Shown: piece after piece, positions 39,058-47,666 of the stretch
Numbering within the stretch: the first letter of the stretch is position 1
How the letters are laid out: every line of letters starts with the position of its first letter
Source of the DNA: Pseudomonadota bacterium
GTDB taxonomy: Bacteria > Desulfobacterota > Desulfobacteria > Desulfobacterales > RPRI01
DNA: 64,000 nucleotides
NCBI GenBank assembly: GCA_043825875.1
Contig: JBDRRF010000051.1
Location: 105,892 to 169,891, forward strand
Direction: 5' to 3'
Made by a program: the position numbers and the translations under genes
Notes under the pieces: generated by a model
Seen by the model: the letters and a program-made list of their open reading frames with translations, nothing else
What the model was told of the DNA's origin: nothing
The model's database searches: none

Positions 39058-40326
39058 TTAATTTGATCTTTGTCCTACTCTATCAGATAATATCTCAATA
39101 AATTCCTTTAATTTTACCTGCATCTCTTCTACAGTAACAAAAGTCGGGTCCATTATATCGCAATCTACTACCAGTGTTGGAATTCCCGCTTGTTCGCTTA
39201 AAGCGTCTTTTAAAGATCTTATAATTCCTGACTGACGGCAGGCATTCTGAGCCCAGAACACTGCCCCATCAATCTTATAGTCCTTAACCACCTTAATGGA
39301 ATCGTTTATAAAGTCTTTGGAAGAACCCATTATACATCTGGTCATAGGTGCATTGAAATATCTCTTTGCCAATGCTTCCAATGGGTCCGAAGGATCCAAC
39401 TCATCTTTTCCCCATTGAAAAACAATGCTTTCATTAACAAAAAGAGCTCCATAATCCTTTGCCAGCCAGTCCTGAAGCTTAAACGAAAACTGCGGAGGCA
39501 TAAAAAGGTCCAGCAGCCTTAGTTTTTCATTGGGAATCGCCCCAATACCTTTTTCGACCCTGGCTTTAACTTCATCTCTTACAATCGTAAACCATTTTAC
39601 ACCTTCCGGAGTCCCGGCGTTAATCCAATACATCCAGTAAGACTGCCATGCCCTTCGGCTCTCCATCGGAGAAGGGATAGCTTTTCGCAACTCAGCTATC
39701 TCTATATAAAGGCGCGTCATTTCAGCAGTCATTGCCATATTTTCTTTCAGGCGATCCCAGTCCATCTTCCGGCCGGTTACCTTTTCTACAAATTCAATAA
39801 GCCGTCCGAATTCATTTGCCAGGTATTTAACCCCTCTTTCCGAATTTTCCCATGGGACATCAATGAAAAAGTCAGGAAGACCATACATATCTGCTGAGAC
39901 CCCTCCGCTTGAGGCAAAAGCATCGCAACCAGCTCCCATGTGGACGATCAGTTTCGGTTTTGGAAACCAGTTTTCAACAAAATGCCCCAGCTGTATTCTG
40001 TGAGCCGAACATGTTTCTAAAGGAACTCCATATCCACGGCTTGTGTCCATGGCCTCTTTGTAATTGCGGGTACATACAGTCATTGCACCACTTGACGAAA
40101 CTATAAGGACAGGAACCATGTCCATTGCATGAAAAATTTCAGGCGGAACAAAAGTGCTGTGGGCGGCAATTTCTTTCCCTGACCTCATTGCCTCAGTAAC
40201 TTTTTGAAAATATGAAGTATATAGCTCATAATAAGCTTTTTCCCCGCTTGATTTTACTTTAGGCAAAACATGGTCTGTAATATCTTCTAAATTTTTAACC
40301 GCCTTAAACCATAAATCGTGGTTCAT
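39058..40326 (-). CDS. Aryl-CoA reductase / 2-hydroxyacyl-CoA dehydratase subunit (BcrB/HgdA-like)
   Basis: ETCSAH, GCD, NACRQ Fe-S ligands; IPTLVVDCDIMDP. Confidence 0.88.
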   Translation of the reverse strand: MNHDLWFKAVKNLEDITDHVLPKVKSSGEKAYYELYTSYFQKVTEAMRSGKEIAAHSTFVPPEIFHAMDMVPVLIVSSSGAMTVCTRNYKEAMDTSRGYGVPLETCSAHRIQLGHFVENWFPKPKLIVHMGAGCDAFASSGGVSADMYGLPDFFIDVPWENSERGVKYLANEFGRLIEFVEKVTGRKMDWDRLKENMAMTAEMTRLYIEIAELRKAIPSPMESRRAWQSYWMYWINAGTPEGVKWFTIVRDEVKARVEKGIGAIPNEKLRLLDLFMPPQFSFKLQDWLAKDYGALFVNESIVFQWGKDELDPSDPLEALAKRYFNAPMTRCIMGSSKDFINDSIKVVKDYKIDGAVFWAQNACRQSGIIRSLKDALSEQAGIPTLVVDCDIMDPTFVTVEEMQVKLKEFIEILSDRVGQRSN

Positions 40327-40330
40327 AGCA

Positions 40331-41488
40331 TTAACCCTTTCTTTTTTTTTCTTCAATCATCTCAATAAAAGCCTGCACCCGAGTCTTGATCTGGCCGGTG
40401 GCGGCCATGCCATATTCCAGATCCAATCTTAGCGAAGGGATGCCTCGGGTTTCGAATCTTTTGCTGAGACGAATCTCATCATAAATATGCGGAGCACAAT
40501 AACGTACTACACCGGTTATCATGCCATCAATATGGAAATCCTCGGCCATTTGTAGTATTCTGTCAAACCTCGGCTCAGATGGGGCCATGCGAGGCGCAGG
40601 AAATTTATTTAAATAATGACGGGTAATGGCCAACAATGGATCAACTTTTTCATCTTCACTAACAAGATCCATAAAACTCATAGATCCGTTTAGAAGAGAA
40701 TCCGCCACAACTATACTTCCAAGATCCTCAATCCCTTTTATATATTCCGAATTATGCAAAGCTGTGCCATTAATCATCAAACGCAGGCCGCCATTTGATG
40801 CCCTGTCAGAAGTACTTGCCTCATCAATAAATTCTTTTAATAAAACATTAAAATCTTTTCTGGGCATCATGGCAGATGCATTATAGATCTCAAAAACTTC
40901 CGCTCCCGTAATGGGAGGATTATCTTTTTTTCTCAAATCAAATAACTGATTAAAAAGCTTTCTGGTTTGATTATAGGTTTTGATGGCTTCCTGCAAAGCC
41001 TCAGTCGTTATCTTTTTCTGAAAGGCACGCTCAATATTTGCGACAAATTCTTTTATATTTTCATAATAGAACTCTTCAGCCTCCGGAATATTTTTATGAG
41101 GAGTATGTAAAAAAAACATTGCCGGAGAAGGCATATATCTTTCCCAGACATCATACAACCGTCTGGTTCCATCACAATAGGGAGTTGTCATCACTCCGTC
41201 CAGAAAATCGTAGCCTCCTTTAAGAGCTACTTCATATATGCTCCTCATATGAGAACAGGTATAAATATGAAGATATGAATTTGCATCATCAAGAGGAACT
41301 TCGCCATAGGGTCCTCTTAACCATACCGGCAATGCTCCGGCGGCAGATAATATCTCTTCAGGAATATCCCCGCCAAAAAAACCGATCACCTTCCCACCGT
41401 TTTTTTTCCACTCTTTTATCGGTGAAGCAAAAGGGAATTCTTTGTTAATCTCCTCAAATGGAGATAATGTTTTTAATAGTTGAGACAT
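40331..41488 (-). CDS. Aryl-CoA reductase / dehydratase subunit (BcrC/HgdB-like)
   Basis: PEEILSAAG, TCSHMRS, YCDGTRR, YCAPH, GQIKTRVQAF. Confidence 0.88.
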   Translation of the reverse strand: MSQLLKTLSPFEEINKEFPFASPIKEWKKNGGKVIGFFGGDIPEEILSAAGALPVWLRGPYGEVPLDDANSYLHIYTCSHMRSIYEVALKGGYDFLDGVMTTPYCDGTRRLYDVWERYMPSPAMFFLHTPHKNIPEAEEFYYENIKEFVANIERAFQKKITTEALQEAIKTYNQTRKLFNQLFDLRKKDNPPITGAEVFEIYNASAMMPRKDFNVLLKEFIDEASTSDRASNGGLRLMINGTALHNSEYIKGIEDLGSIVVADSLLNGSMSFMDLVSEDEKVDPLLAITRHYLNKFPAPRMAPSEPRFDRILQMAEDFHIDGMITGVVRYCAPHIYDEIRLSKRFETRGIPSLRLDLEYGMAATGQIKTRVQAFIEMIEEKKRKG

Positions 41489-41658
41489 AAACTGTTCCTT
41501 TCTCTTATACTAAGGGGATAAACAGATTAAATTATTAATCATTACCCCCGACATATGTCAAGATAAACGATTTTTTCAAAATTAATTAAAAGAACATCTG
41601 CATAAAGGCTTTAGATAAATCTTTATGCAAATCTCTCCTATCTATAAATCTCTATAAA

Positions 41659-42447
41659 TCAGGCGGTTTGCCTACGCCTGAGCCTGTCAAAAGCAAAAAG
41701 AGCCGCCCCTATAGCTCCGATCAATTGCGGATCAGGAGCAATGAGAGGTTCAAGCCCTATCTTTTCCTTAATTTTTGCAGCCACACCGGGATTTTTTGCA
41801 ACTCCTCCGGTAAGGCTGAAATCTTTCTCTACAGATACCTGGGTCAACATGCTGGCGGCTACTTTGGCAATGGAATCATGTAAACCGGCGACAATATCGC
41901 TTTTTGATACTCCATCCCGCAGCATGTTTAAGGCTTCAGACTTGGCAAATATAACACAAACTGTGCTAAAAGAAATATTCTGCGTAGAAGTGAGTGAAAG
42001 CTCACCCAACTTGTCTACAGGAACCTCCAAAATATCGGCTATTACCTCAAGAAAACGGCCTGTTCCCCCAGCGCATTTGCTATTTAATATAAAATTAGTC
42101 AGACGTCCGTCACCGTCACATTTAATGGCCTTTGAATCCTGGCCTCCGATATCCATGATTGTTCTTACCGTAGGGAAATACCAGTGTACACCACGCGCAT
42201 GGCATGATATCTCAGAAACGTGTTTCTCACCTCCGACAAACTGAAACCGGCCATATCCGGTCGGCATAATACTTTCCAGATCGGAAAGTTTCATACCAGC
42301 CAGTTTCAGTGCTTCATTTAATACTTTTATGCCGACATCAGGACCTTTTAAAATTGTTTCGCCTATGTGCGAGGAGATAATTTTATCTCCTTCCATAATA
42401 ACGGCTTTAGCGGTCCTTGAACCTATATCAATTCCCGCTACCGGCAT
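41659..42447 (-). CDS. ASKHA ATPase activator subunit (BcrA/BzdQ/HgdC-like)
   Basis: GIDIGS, EISCHARG, DIGGQDSK, KCAGGTGRF, CVIFAKSE. Confidence 0.92.
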   Translation of the reverse strand: MPVAGIDIGSRTAKAVIMEGDKIISSHIGETILKGPDVGIKVLNEALKLAGMKLSDLESIMPTGYGRFQFVGGEKHVSEISCHARGVHWYFPTVRTIMDIGGQDSKAIKCDGDGRLTNFILNSKCAGGTGRFLEVIADILEVPVDKLGELSLTSTQNISFSTVCVIFAKSEALNMLRDGVSKSDIVAGLHDSIAKVAASMLTQVSVEKDFSLTGGVAKNPGVAAKIKEKIGLEPLIAPDPQLIGAIGAALFAFDRLRRRQTA

Positions 42448-43253
42448 TGGGCCCCTTCCTTACGACTAAGAATATGGTTTCTCCCTAAAACGGCAGCACC
42501 CAGTGCAACAACGAACTTGGGTTCTTGTGTTACATATACCTCGGCATTGATATGTTTATTAAAACTTCTTACAAAAGCCTGATTTAAAGATACGCCACCA
42601 CATAAAAGAACAGGGGGAATCACCTTAACCTTTCCGGTCAAACCGACAACACGTGAGGCAAGTGATTCATGCAGCCCCGCCAGAATCTCAGACCTGGGAG
42701 GCGGCGGATCTTCAAAAGCATATGAAAGAATTTCCTGTTCGGCAAAAATCGTACAGGTACTTGCGATATCTATACCTTTTTCCGCTTTCATAGCTTCTGC
42801 GGCCATTTCCTCCAAAGATAAACCCATAGCTTTTGCTATTGACTCTAAAAATACTCCCCCGCCTGCAGCACATTTGTCGTTTACAGTAAAATCTTTTATC
42901 TGGCTTTGTTTATCCAGAGTAATGATTGTTGTATTTTCCGCTCCAACATCAATAATCGTTTTTACATCAGGAAAAAGCTCAAGGCCGCCCTTAAACAAAC
43001 ACATGTATAGGCCTTTTTTCATATCGGCAAACGGCAAGTCTCCGCCTGACCGACTGGTGGCTACAACAAGATCTATATCCTCTCTTGATAATGAATTTAC
43101 TTCAAGTGCCTTTTTTATAGCTTTGGCAGCAACAACTTCCGATTTATCAGGCAAACTGAGAGAGTCACGATAAATGACACCTTCATCGTTCAACAGAACT
43201 AATTTTGTAGCAATACTTCCTATGTCAATTCCTATGATTTTCAATGTACCCAA
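42438..43253 (-). CDS. Second ATPase activator subunit (BcrD/BzdP-like)
   Basis: GIDIGS, DVGAE, NDKCAAGGG, CTIFAEQE. Confidence 0.88.
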   Translation of the reverse strand: MGTLKIIGIDIGSIATKLVLLNDEGVIYRDSLSLPDKSEVVAAKAIKKALEVNSLSREDIDLVVATSRSGGDLPFADMKKGLYMCLFKGGLELFPDVKTIIDVGAENTTIITLDKQSQIKDFTVNDKCAAGGGVFLESIAKAMGLSLEEMAAEAMKAEKGIDIASTCTIFAEQEILSYAFEDPPPPRSEILAGLHESLASRVVGLTGKVKVIPPVLLCGGVSLNQAFVRSFNKHINAEVYVTQEPKFVVALGAAVLGRNHILSRKEGAQCR

Positions 43254-43257
43254 TTCA

Positions 43258-44340
43258 TTACAGACCTGCCTGAGGAGGTCCCATAATAAGAGTTTGCTTG
43301 CTTGCGCAAAGGCCTACATGTTTCCTGATATCTTCTGACTCATTGTAGTAAATATCGAAGGCAACGCCCTCTCCTTTTATTGATCTTGCTATAGCGCTGC
43401 CTGCCCTGTATCCGGAATCTATGGCAACACTGATACCTTCACCATTTAGATATGAGAGACCCGCAGCTTCACCGGCAAGTAAGATTCTGCCTCCACCAAA
43501 GCAAAAATCGCCTCTTAAAAACATATCGTTAATAGCTGTGCCTTCACTTCTGACTTTATCAGCAAGCTTCATTTTAAATCTGGTGGCAAGGAAATCTTCA
43601 AACTCCTTCATAAGACGTTTATAACCACCTTTCATTTTAAAAGCCCCGACAACAAGAGTAAGAACATCGTCTTTCTTATGTATGCTTGCCATACAATCAC
43701 CGATATGGCCCAAAAAAACATACCATGGCCCTTCTTTAAATTCGCCAGGATCTAAACATTTGTAATATACCTGATACACAACAAGCTCATTTAGCCTTTC
43801 TTTAAAAGAAGTATCGAATGCATTACGGACCAAAGAATCCCCTCCATCAGCCCCCACAAGATAAGAACATTCTATTCCAGTCTTTACACCCCCCTGCTTA
43901 ACATCAATCTTAAGCTTATCCCCTTTTGCGGAAAAACCGGCGAAACTGCATCTTTCTTTTATAATTGCCCCGGATTGCTTCAGAAGCCAGTGATCAAATT
44001 TGCTGCGCCATACATTTAAATAATCGGAATTAAACGTCTTGCCATCCTTGGCAATTTCCCATTCAAAAATAAAATTTCCGTCTTTTTCCGTCCAGGCTAT
44101 AATATCTTTATAATTTATTTTTTTGGGCTTGCAATATACGCTTTCAGCAGGTAGTCCGCCAAAGTATTTTTCAAGCAGTTCCTGCGTCTGACCCATGAGA
44201 ACACCGGAACAGCATTTATATCTCGGTAGTTTTTTTCTCTCCAAAACAAGAGCTTCAATCCCATGGTCAGATAAAGCTTTAGCGCATGAGGCACCGGCAG
44301 GTCCACCTCCCGCAATTACTACCGGATAATATTTTTCCAT
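43258..44340 (-). CDS. Geranylgeranyl-reductase-family flavoprotein
   Basis: GGGPAG, PRYKCCSG, RSKFD, VGADG, AGEAAG...GEGI. Confidence 0.85.
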   Translation of the reverse strand: MEKYYPVVIAGGGPAGASCAKALSDHGIEALVLERKKLPRYKCCSGVLMGQTQELLEKYFGGLPAESVYCKPKKINYKDIIAWTEKDGNFIFEWEIAKDGKTFNSDYLNVWRSKFDHWLLKQSGAIIKERCSFAGFSAKGDKLKIDVKQGGVKTGIECSYLVGADGGDSLVRNAFDTSFKERLNELVVYQVYYKCLDPGEFKEGPWYVFLGHIGDCMASIHKKDDVLTLVVGAFKMKGGYKRLMKEFEDFLATRFKMKLADKVRSEGTAINDMFLRGDFCFGGGRILLAGEAAGLSYLNGEGISVAIDSGYRAGSAIARSIKGEGVAFDIYYNESEDIRKHVGLCASKQTLIMGPPQAGL

Positions 44341-44394
44341 CGGTTGTATCTCCTAAAATAAAAACTATATTTCAAATATGAAATTTGATTTTTT

Positions 44395-45216
44395 TTAAAC
44401 AGGCACATCCGGCTCAATAACTATTCGGTTTATATGGTTATTTTCCAACACATCAGCAGGAGGTATGTTTTCATTTTTAAAAAACATAGTATTGCCTTTG
44501 CTTATCAATGGCACTGGCATTACCGAATGAACATGCTGAAATGTATATTTCTGGCATTCTTTCTTGCAAGGAAATATTCCGATCTCATCCTCTTTTCCGG
44601 CAATATCACAGGAATTTGCCAGACAAAGGCGTGTAGTAGTTATAAAGGCATACGGAACATACAAAGATGTATTAATAATACTATCACCAAGATTTAAATC
44701 CAATCCCTGCAAAAGATTATCAAGCTCTATTCTCTTTATGTTATGATCAATCAGAAATTTTTGGTAAAGAGGACTGTCTAAGGAAGAACCCCGGAAATAA
44801 TTGAGAGTACTTTCCGGTAATGAGTTCATAACCTCTTTTAACCTCGGGCCGCGTTTCATCTTGTTCAAAAGCCTTCCCATTACCGGTTCAAGGCTTTTAT
44901 ACTTTTCATTAAGTATATTTAATACTCCCCAGTCATTAAAAACAACCTCACTATCCGGTTTAGTTTTTTCAATAACTTTCAAAAGGGGTTTTAATTTCTT
45001 TATCCCTTCATTTGTTACATAAGGAGTAACAAAAGTAAAATCTAAGTTTTTCTCCGAAACAAAATTAAGAACCTTCTCAAGCTTATTGACCGTGGGAAGC
45101 AGCCGCTGGCAAAACTCACAGCCAAAATAAATTCTCGAAAAACTCCCGTCGTAATGTTTCAGGTTTTTTACTTTTGTAATATATAATGCCCGATCAATCG
45201 CTTTGTCGTCATTCAC
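44395..45216 (-). CDS. U32-related Fe-S protein (UbiV-like partner)
   Basis: RIYFGCEFC, TPYV, VFNDWG, TTTRLC...CKKEC; adjacent to the U32 gene. Confidence 0.65.
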   Translation of the reverse strand: MNDDKAIDRALYITKVKNLKHYDGSFSRIYFGCEFCQRLLPTVNKLEKVLNFVSEKNLDFTFVTPYVTNEGIKKLKPLLKVIEKTKPDSEVVFNDWGVLNILNEKYKSLEPVMGRLLNKMKRGPRLKEVMNSLPESTLNYFRGSSLDSPLYQKFLIDHNIKRIELDNLLQGLDLNLGDSIINTSLYVPYAFITTTRLCLANSCDIAGKEDEIGIFPCKKECQKYTFQHVHSVMPVPLISKGNTMFFKNENIPPADVLENNHINRIVIEPDVPV

Positions 45217-45230
45217 TTAAGAATATTCCT

Positions 45231-46232
45231 CTATGCTTCTCTGACTTCAGGATAGTAACACATAGCAGTCCTGCAAGGTAGTCTATAAACATATTTGTAA
45301 AATGCCCGCGTCTGTTCTATGTACTGCTTCCTTGAAATAGTTTTATCTTGTAAAAGTGTAAGCAACATCCTTATAAACTTAACATCATTTATTTTGCGTT
45401 TTAAATCATTACCCCGTCCGACTATTTTTACGCAATCAACCCCCATTTCAACAAAATCATAAAGGGCGCACGCTCCACAAGGAACATCATCCATATGAAG
45501 CCTGGTCCATACCTGCTGTCTTTTAAAAGCAATCTCAGCCTTATTACTATGAGCAATTGCTGATTTTGATTTTCTATTAGCCGGCTTGTCCGAATATAAA
45601 CTTAAGCTATAAGGAAGCATGCAGGAATTTTTGAATGAACTTTCCAATGACTGAACATGATCAAAAGTACAAAGGCCATCCACATTTGGACAACGGGAAT
45701 TAAATATGAAAACACACGTTTCTACGCCGGTTACATTTTTTACTATATCTCTGATTTCGTCGATGGTCAGATGTCTTTCAAAAATTACTTTATCAATCCC
45801 CAATTTCTGCAAAAACTTAACAGTCTCAGAGTTAAAAATGGAAATTCCGGTGCTCACATTAATCGATGTTTCAAGACCGGCATCTTTTATAGCAAGGATA
45901 AGATTCAGATCTGCAACTATAAATGAATCAACACCAGCATCAATAGCTTTTTTAATATAATCAAGCAGCATTGGATATTGATCCTGGGTATAAAAATGTT
46001 CATTTATAGCAAGGTTCACCAATGCATTATATGAATGAGCAATAGAAACGGCTTCTTCTAAAGCATTGAAAGACTGAAGATTGCATATGGTTGCAGGCCG
46101 CCTGTTAATTGCTGCTATAGTATATCTGCTCAGCCATTTATCCCATATAACACCGCAATAAAGCTCGTTAGCCCCTGCTTTTATGACATCTTCTACATCA
46201 TCCACTTTATCTATAGGCGCCAGGATATTCAT
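45231..46232 (-). CDS. Peptidase U32 family protein (UbiU/TrhP-like Fe-S hydroxylase)
   Basis: ILAP...AGANELYCG, ST...NSE, CX6CX15C...CGAC, KIVGR. Confidence 0.88.
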   Translation of the reverse strand: MNILAPIDKVDDVEDVIKAGANELYCGVIWDKWLSRYTIAAINRRPATICNLQSFNALEEAVSIAHSYNALVNLAINEHFYTQDQYPMLLDYIKKAIDAGVDSFIVADLNLILAIKDAGLETSINVSTGISIFNSETVKFLQKLGIDKVIFERHLTIDEIRDIVKNVTGVETCVFIFNSRCPNVDGLCTFDHVQSLESSFKNSCMLPYSLSLYSDKPANRKSKSAIAHSNKAEIAFKRQQVWTRLHMDDVPCGACALYDFVEMGVDCVKIVGRGNDLKRKINDVKFIRMLLTLLQDKTISRKQYIEQTRAFYKYVYRLPCRTAMCYYPEVREA

Positions 46233-47224
46233 TCAGAACTTTCCCCTTGTTTCAAATAAGACAAAAAGGTTTCCAATAGCACCTCTGCCTGCTGGCTTGG
46301 ATTTTTATTATCTATTGAAACTTCTTTTATTCCTTGCTCAAACTCTTTCGAATCGCTAGTAAATTTATCAAGATGACGCATAATTTTGTCTTCCATAATT
46401 TTACAGATCTCGATCCGTATTCTTTTTTCTCTTCTTTGCTTAAGCTGACCGTTTTCTATCGAATAGTCTCTATACAACTCAAGCTCTTTCCAAAGCTCTT
46501 CTATCCCTTTTTGTTGTACAGCTATTGTTTTAACCAGGACAGGCTCTCGTTCTCCATTCTTAGTGGCCCAATGCAGAGCGGTTTTAAGAGAGGACGCTAA
46601 CATATCGGCTCCTGCCTGATCTGCTTTATTGAGTACAACGATATCTCCGATTTCCATTGTTCCGGCTTTCATTGCCTGGATTTCATCTCCCATTCCAGGA
46701 CTTAGAACTACTACAACCGAATCAGCCAGTTTTGTAACTTCTATTTCAGCCTGCCCGGCACCGACAGTCTCAACAAATATATAATCTTTCCCAAATGCAT
46801 CAAGGACATTGGCCACCCGATAGGTGGCCTCCGACAGTCCTCCCATTTCGCCTCTGGAACCAAGGCTTCGTATAAAGACATTTTGCTTTGTGCCTAAATC
46901 TTCCATCATCCTTATACGATCGCCCAAAAGTGCTCCTCCGGTAAATGGGGAAGAAGGATCAATAGCTATAATAGCTACTTTTTTCCCACTTTGGTCTAAT
47001 AATCTTGCCAGTTTTCCCACTACAGTGCTTTTACCTGCTCCGGGTGCTCCGGTAAAACCAATAACGTAGGCCTTTCCGCTATGAGGATAAACTTGCTTCA
47101 TGATCTCCGGAACTGAAGAATCATTTGCTTCAACTAATGTTATCAGTCTGGCTGTTGCTCTTACAGAGCCATTCAACATATCTCTTACCAGATCAGCGCT
47201 ACTTTGTTTGGTTTTCAACGACAT
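46229..47224 (-). CDS. meaB: MeaB/ArgK G-protein chaperone for B12 mutases
   Basis: GAPGAGKS, DPSSPFTGGALLGDRIRM, ETVGAGQ, NKAD. Confidence 0.95.
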   Translation of the reverse strand: MSLKTKQSSADLVRDMLNGSVRATARLITLVEANDSSVPEIMKQVYPHSGKAYVIGFTGAPGAGKSTVVGKLARLLDQSGKKVAIIAIDPSSPFTGGALLGDRIRMMEDLGTKQNVFIRSLGSRGEMGGLSEATYRVANVLDAFGKDYIFVETVGAGQAEIEVTKLADSVVVVLSPGMGDEIQAMKAGTMEIGDIVVLNKADQAGADMLASSLKTALHWATKNGEREPVLVKTIAVQQKGIEELWKELELYRDYSIENGQLKQRREKRIRIEICKIMEDKIMRHLDKFTSDSKEFEQGIKEVSIDNKNPSQQAEVLLETFLSYLKQGESSE

Positions 47225-47261
47225 CCCCCTTAAAAAGTATAAGCATAAATAATATCAAGAT

Positions 47262-47654
47262 TTAAGCATTTACACATTCAACCACATCCTGCAATGTCCC
47301 TACTCCAGGCATAAAAACCTCATCAACTCCTATTTTAAGAAGTTCTCTCTTTTCCGGTTCGCTGATTGTACCACCTATAACTACCTTTATATCACCTTTT
47401 AAGCCCTGTTCACTCATCAGTTCCATCAAACGAGTAGTGTCATATACAAGACCGGCACTGTAAAAACTCATGGCAATCACATCCACATCTTCTTCAACAG
47501 CAGTTTTAACAACCTCATCTATTATGCTATATCGGGTAAAAATAACTTCCATACCTTTATCTCTCAACAACTGGGTCAGGTATCTAACACTTACCTCATG
47601 AGCATCCTGATCGCTTTTGGTTACAAGAATCCTTTTTTTCATTTTAGTTTCCAT
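47262..47654 (-). CDS. Cobalamin-binding small subunit of the mutase
   Basis: DAHEVS (DxHxxG variant), EEDVDVIAMS, VIGG. Confidence 0.9.
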   Translation of the reverse strand: METKMKKRILVTKSDQDAHEVSVRYLTQLLRDKGMEVIFTRYSIIDEVVKTAVEEDVDVIAMSFYSAGLVYDTTRLMELMSEQGLKGDIKVVIGGTISEPEKRELLKIGVDEVFMPGVGTLQDVVECVNA

Positions 47655-47666
47655 GACTACCCCTTT

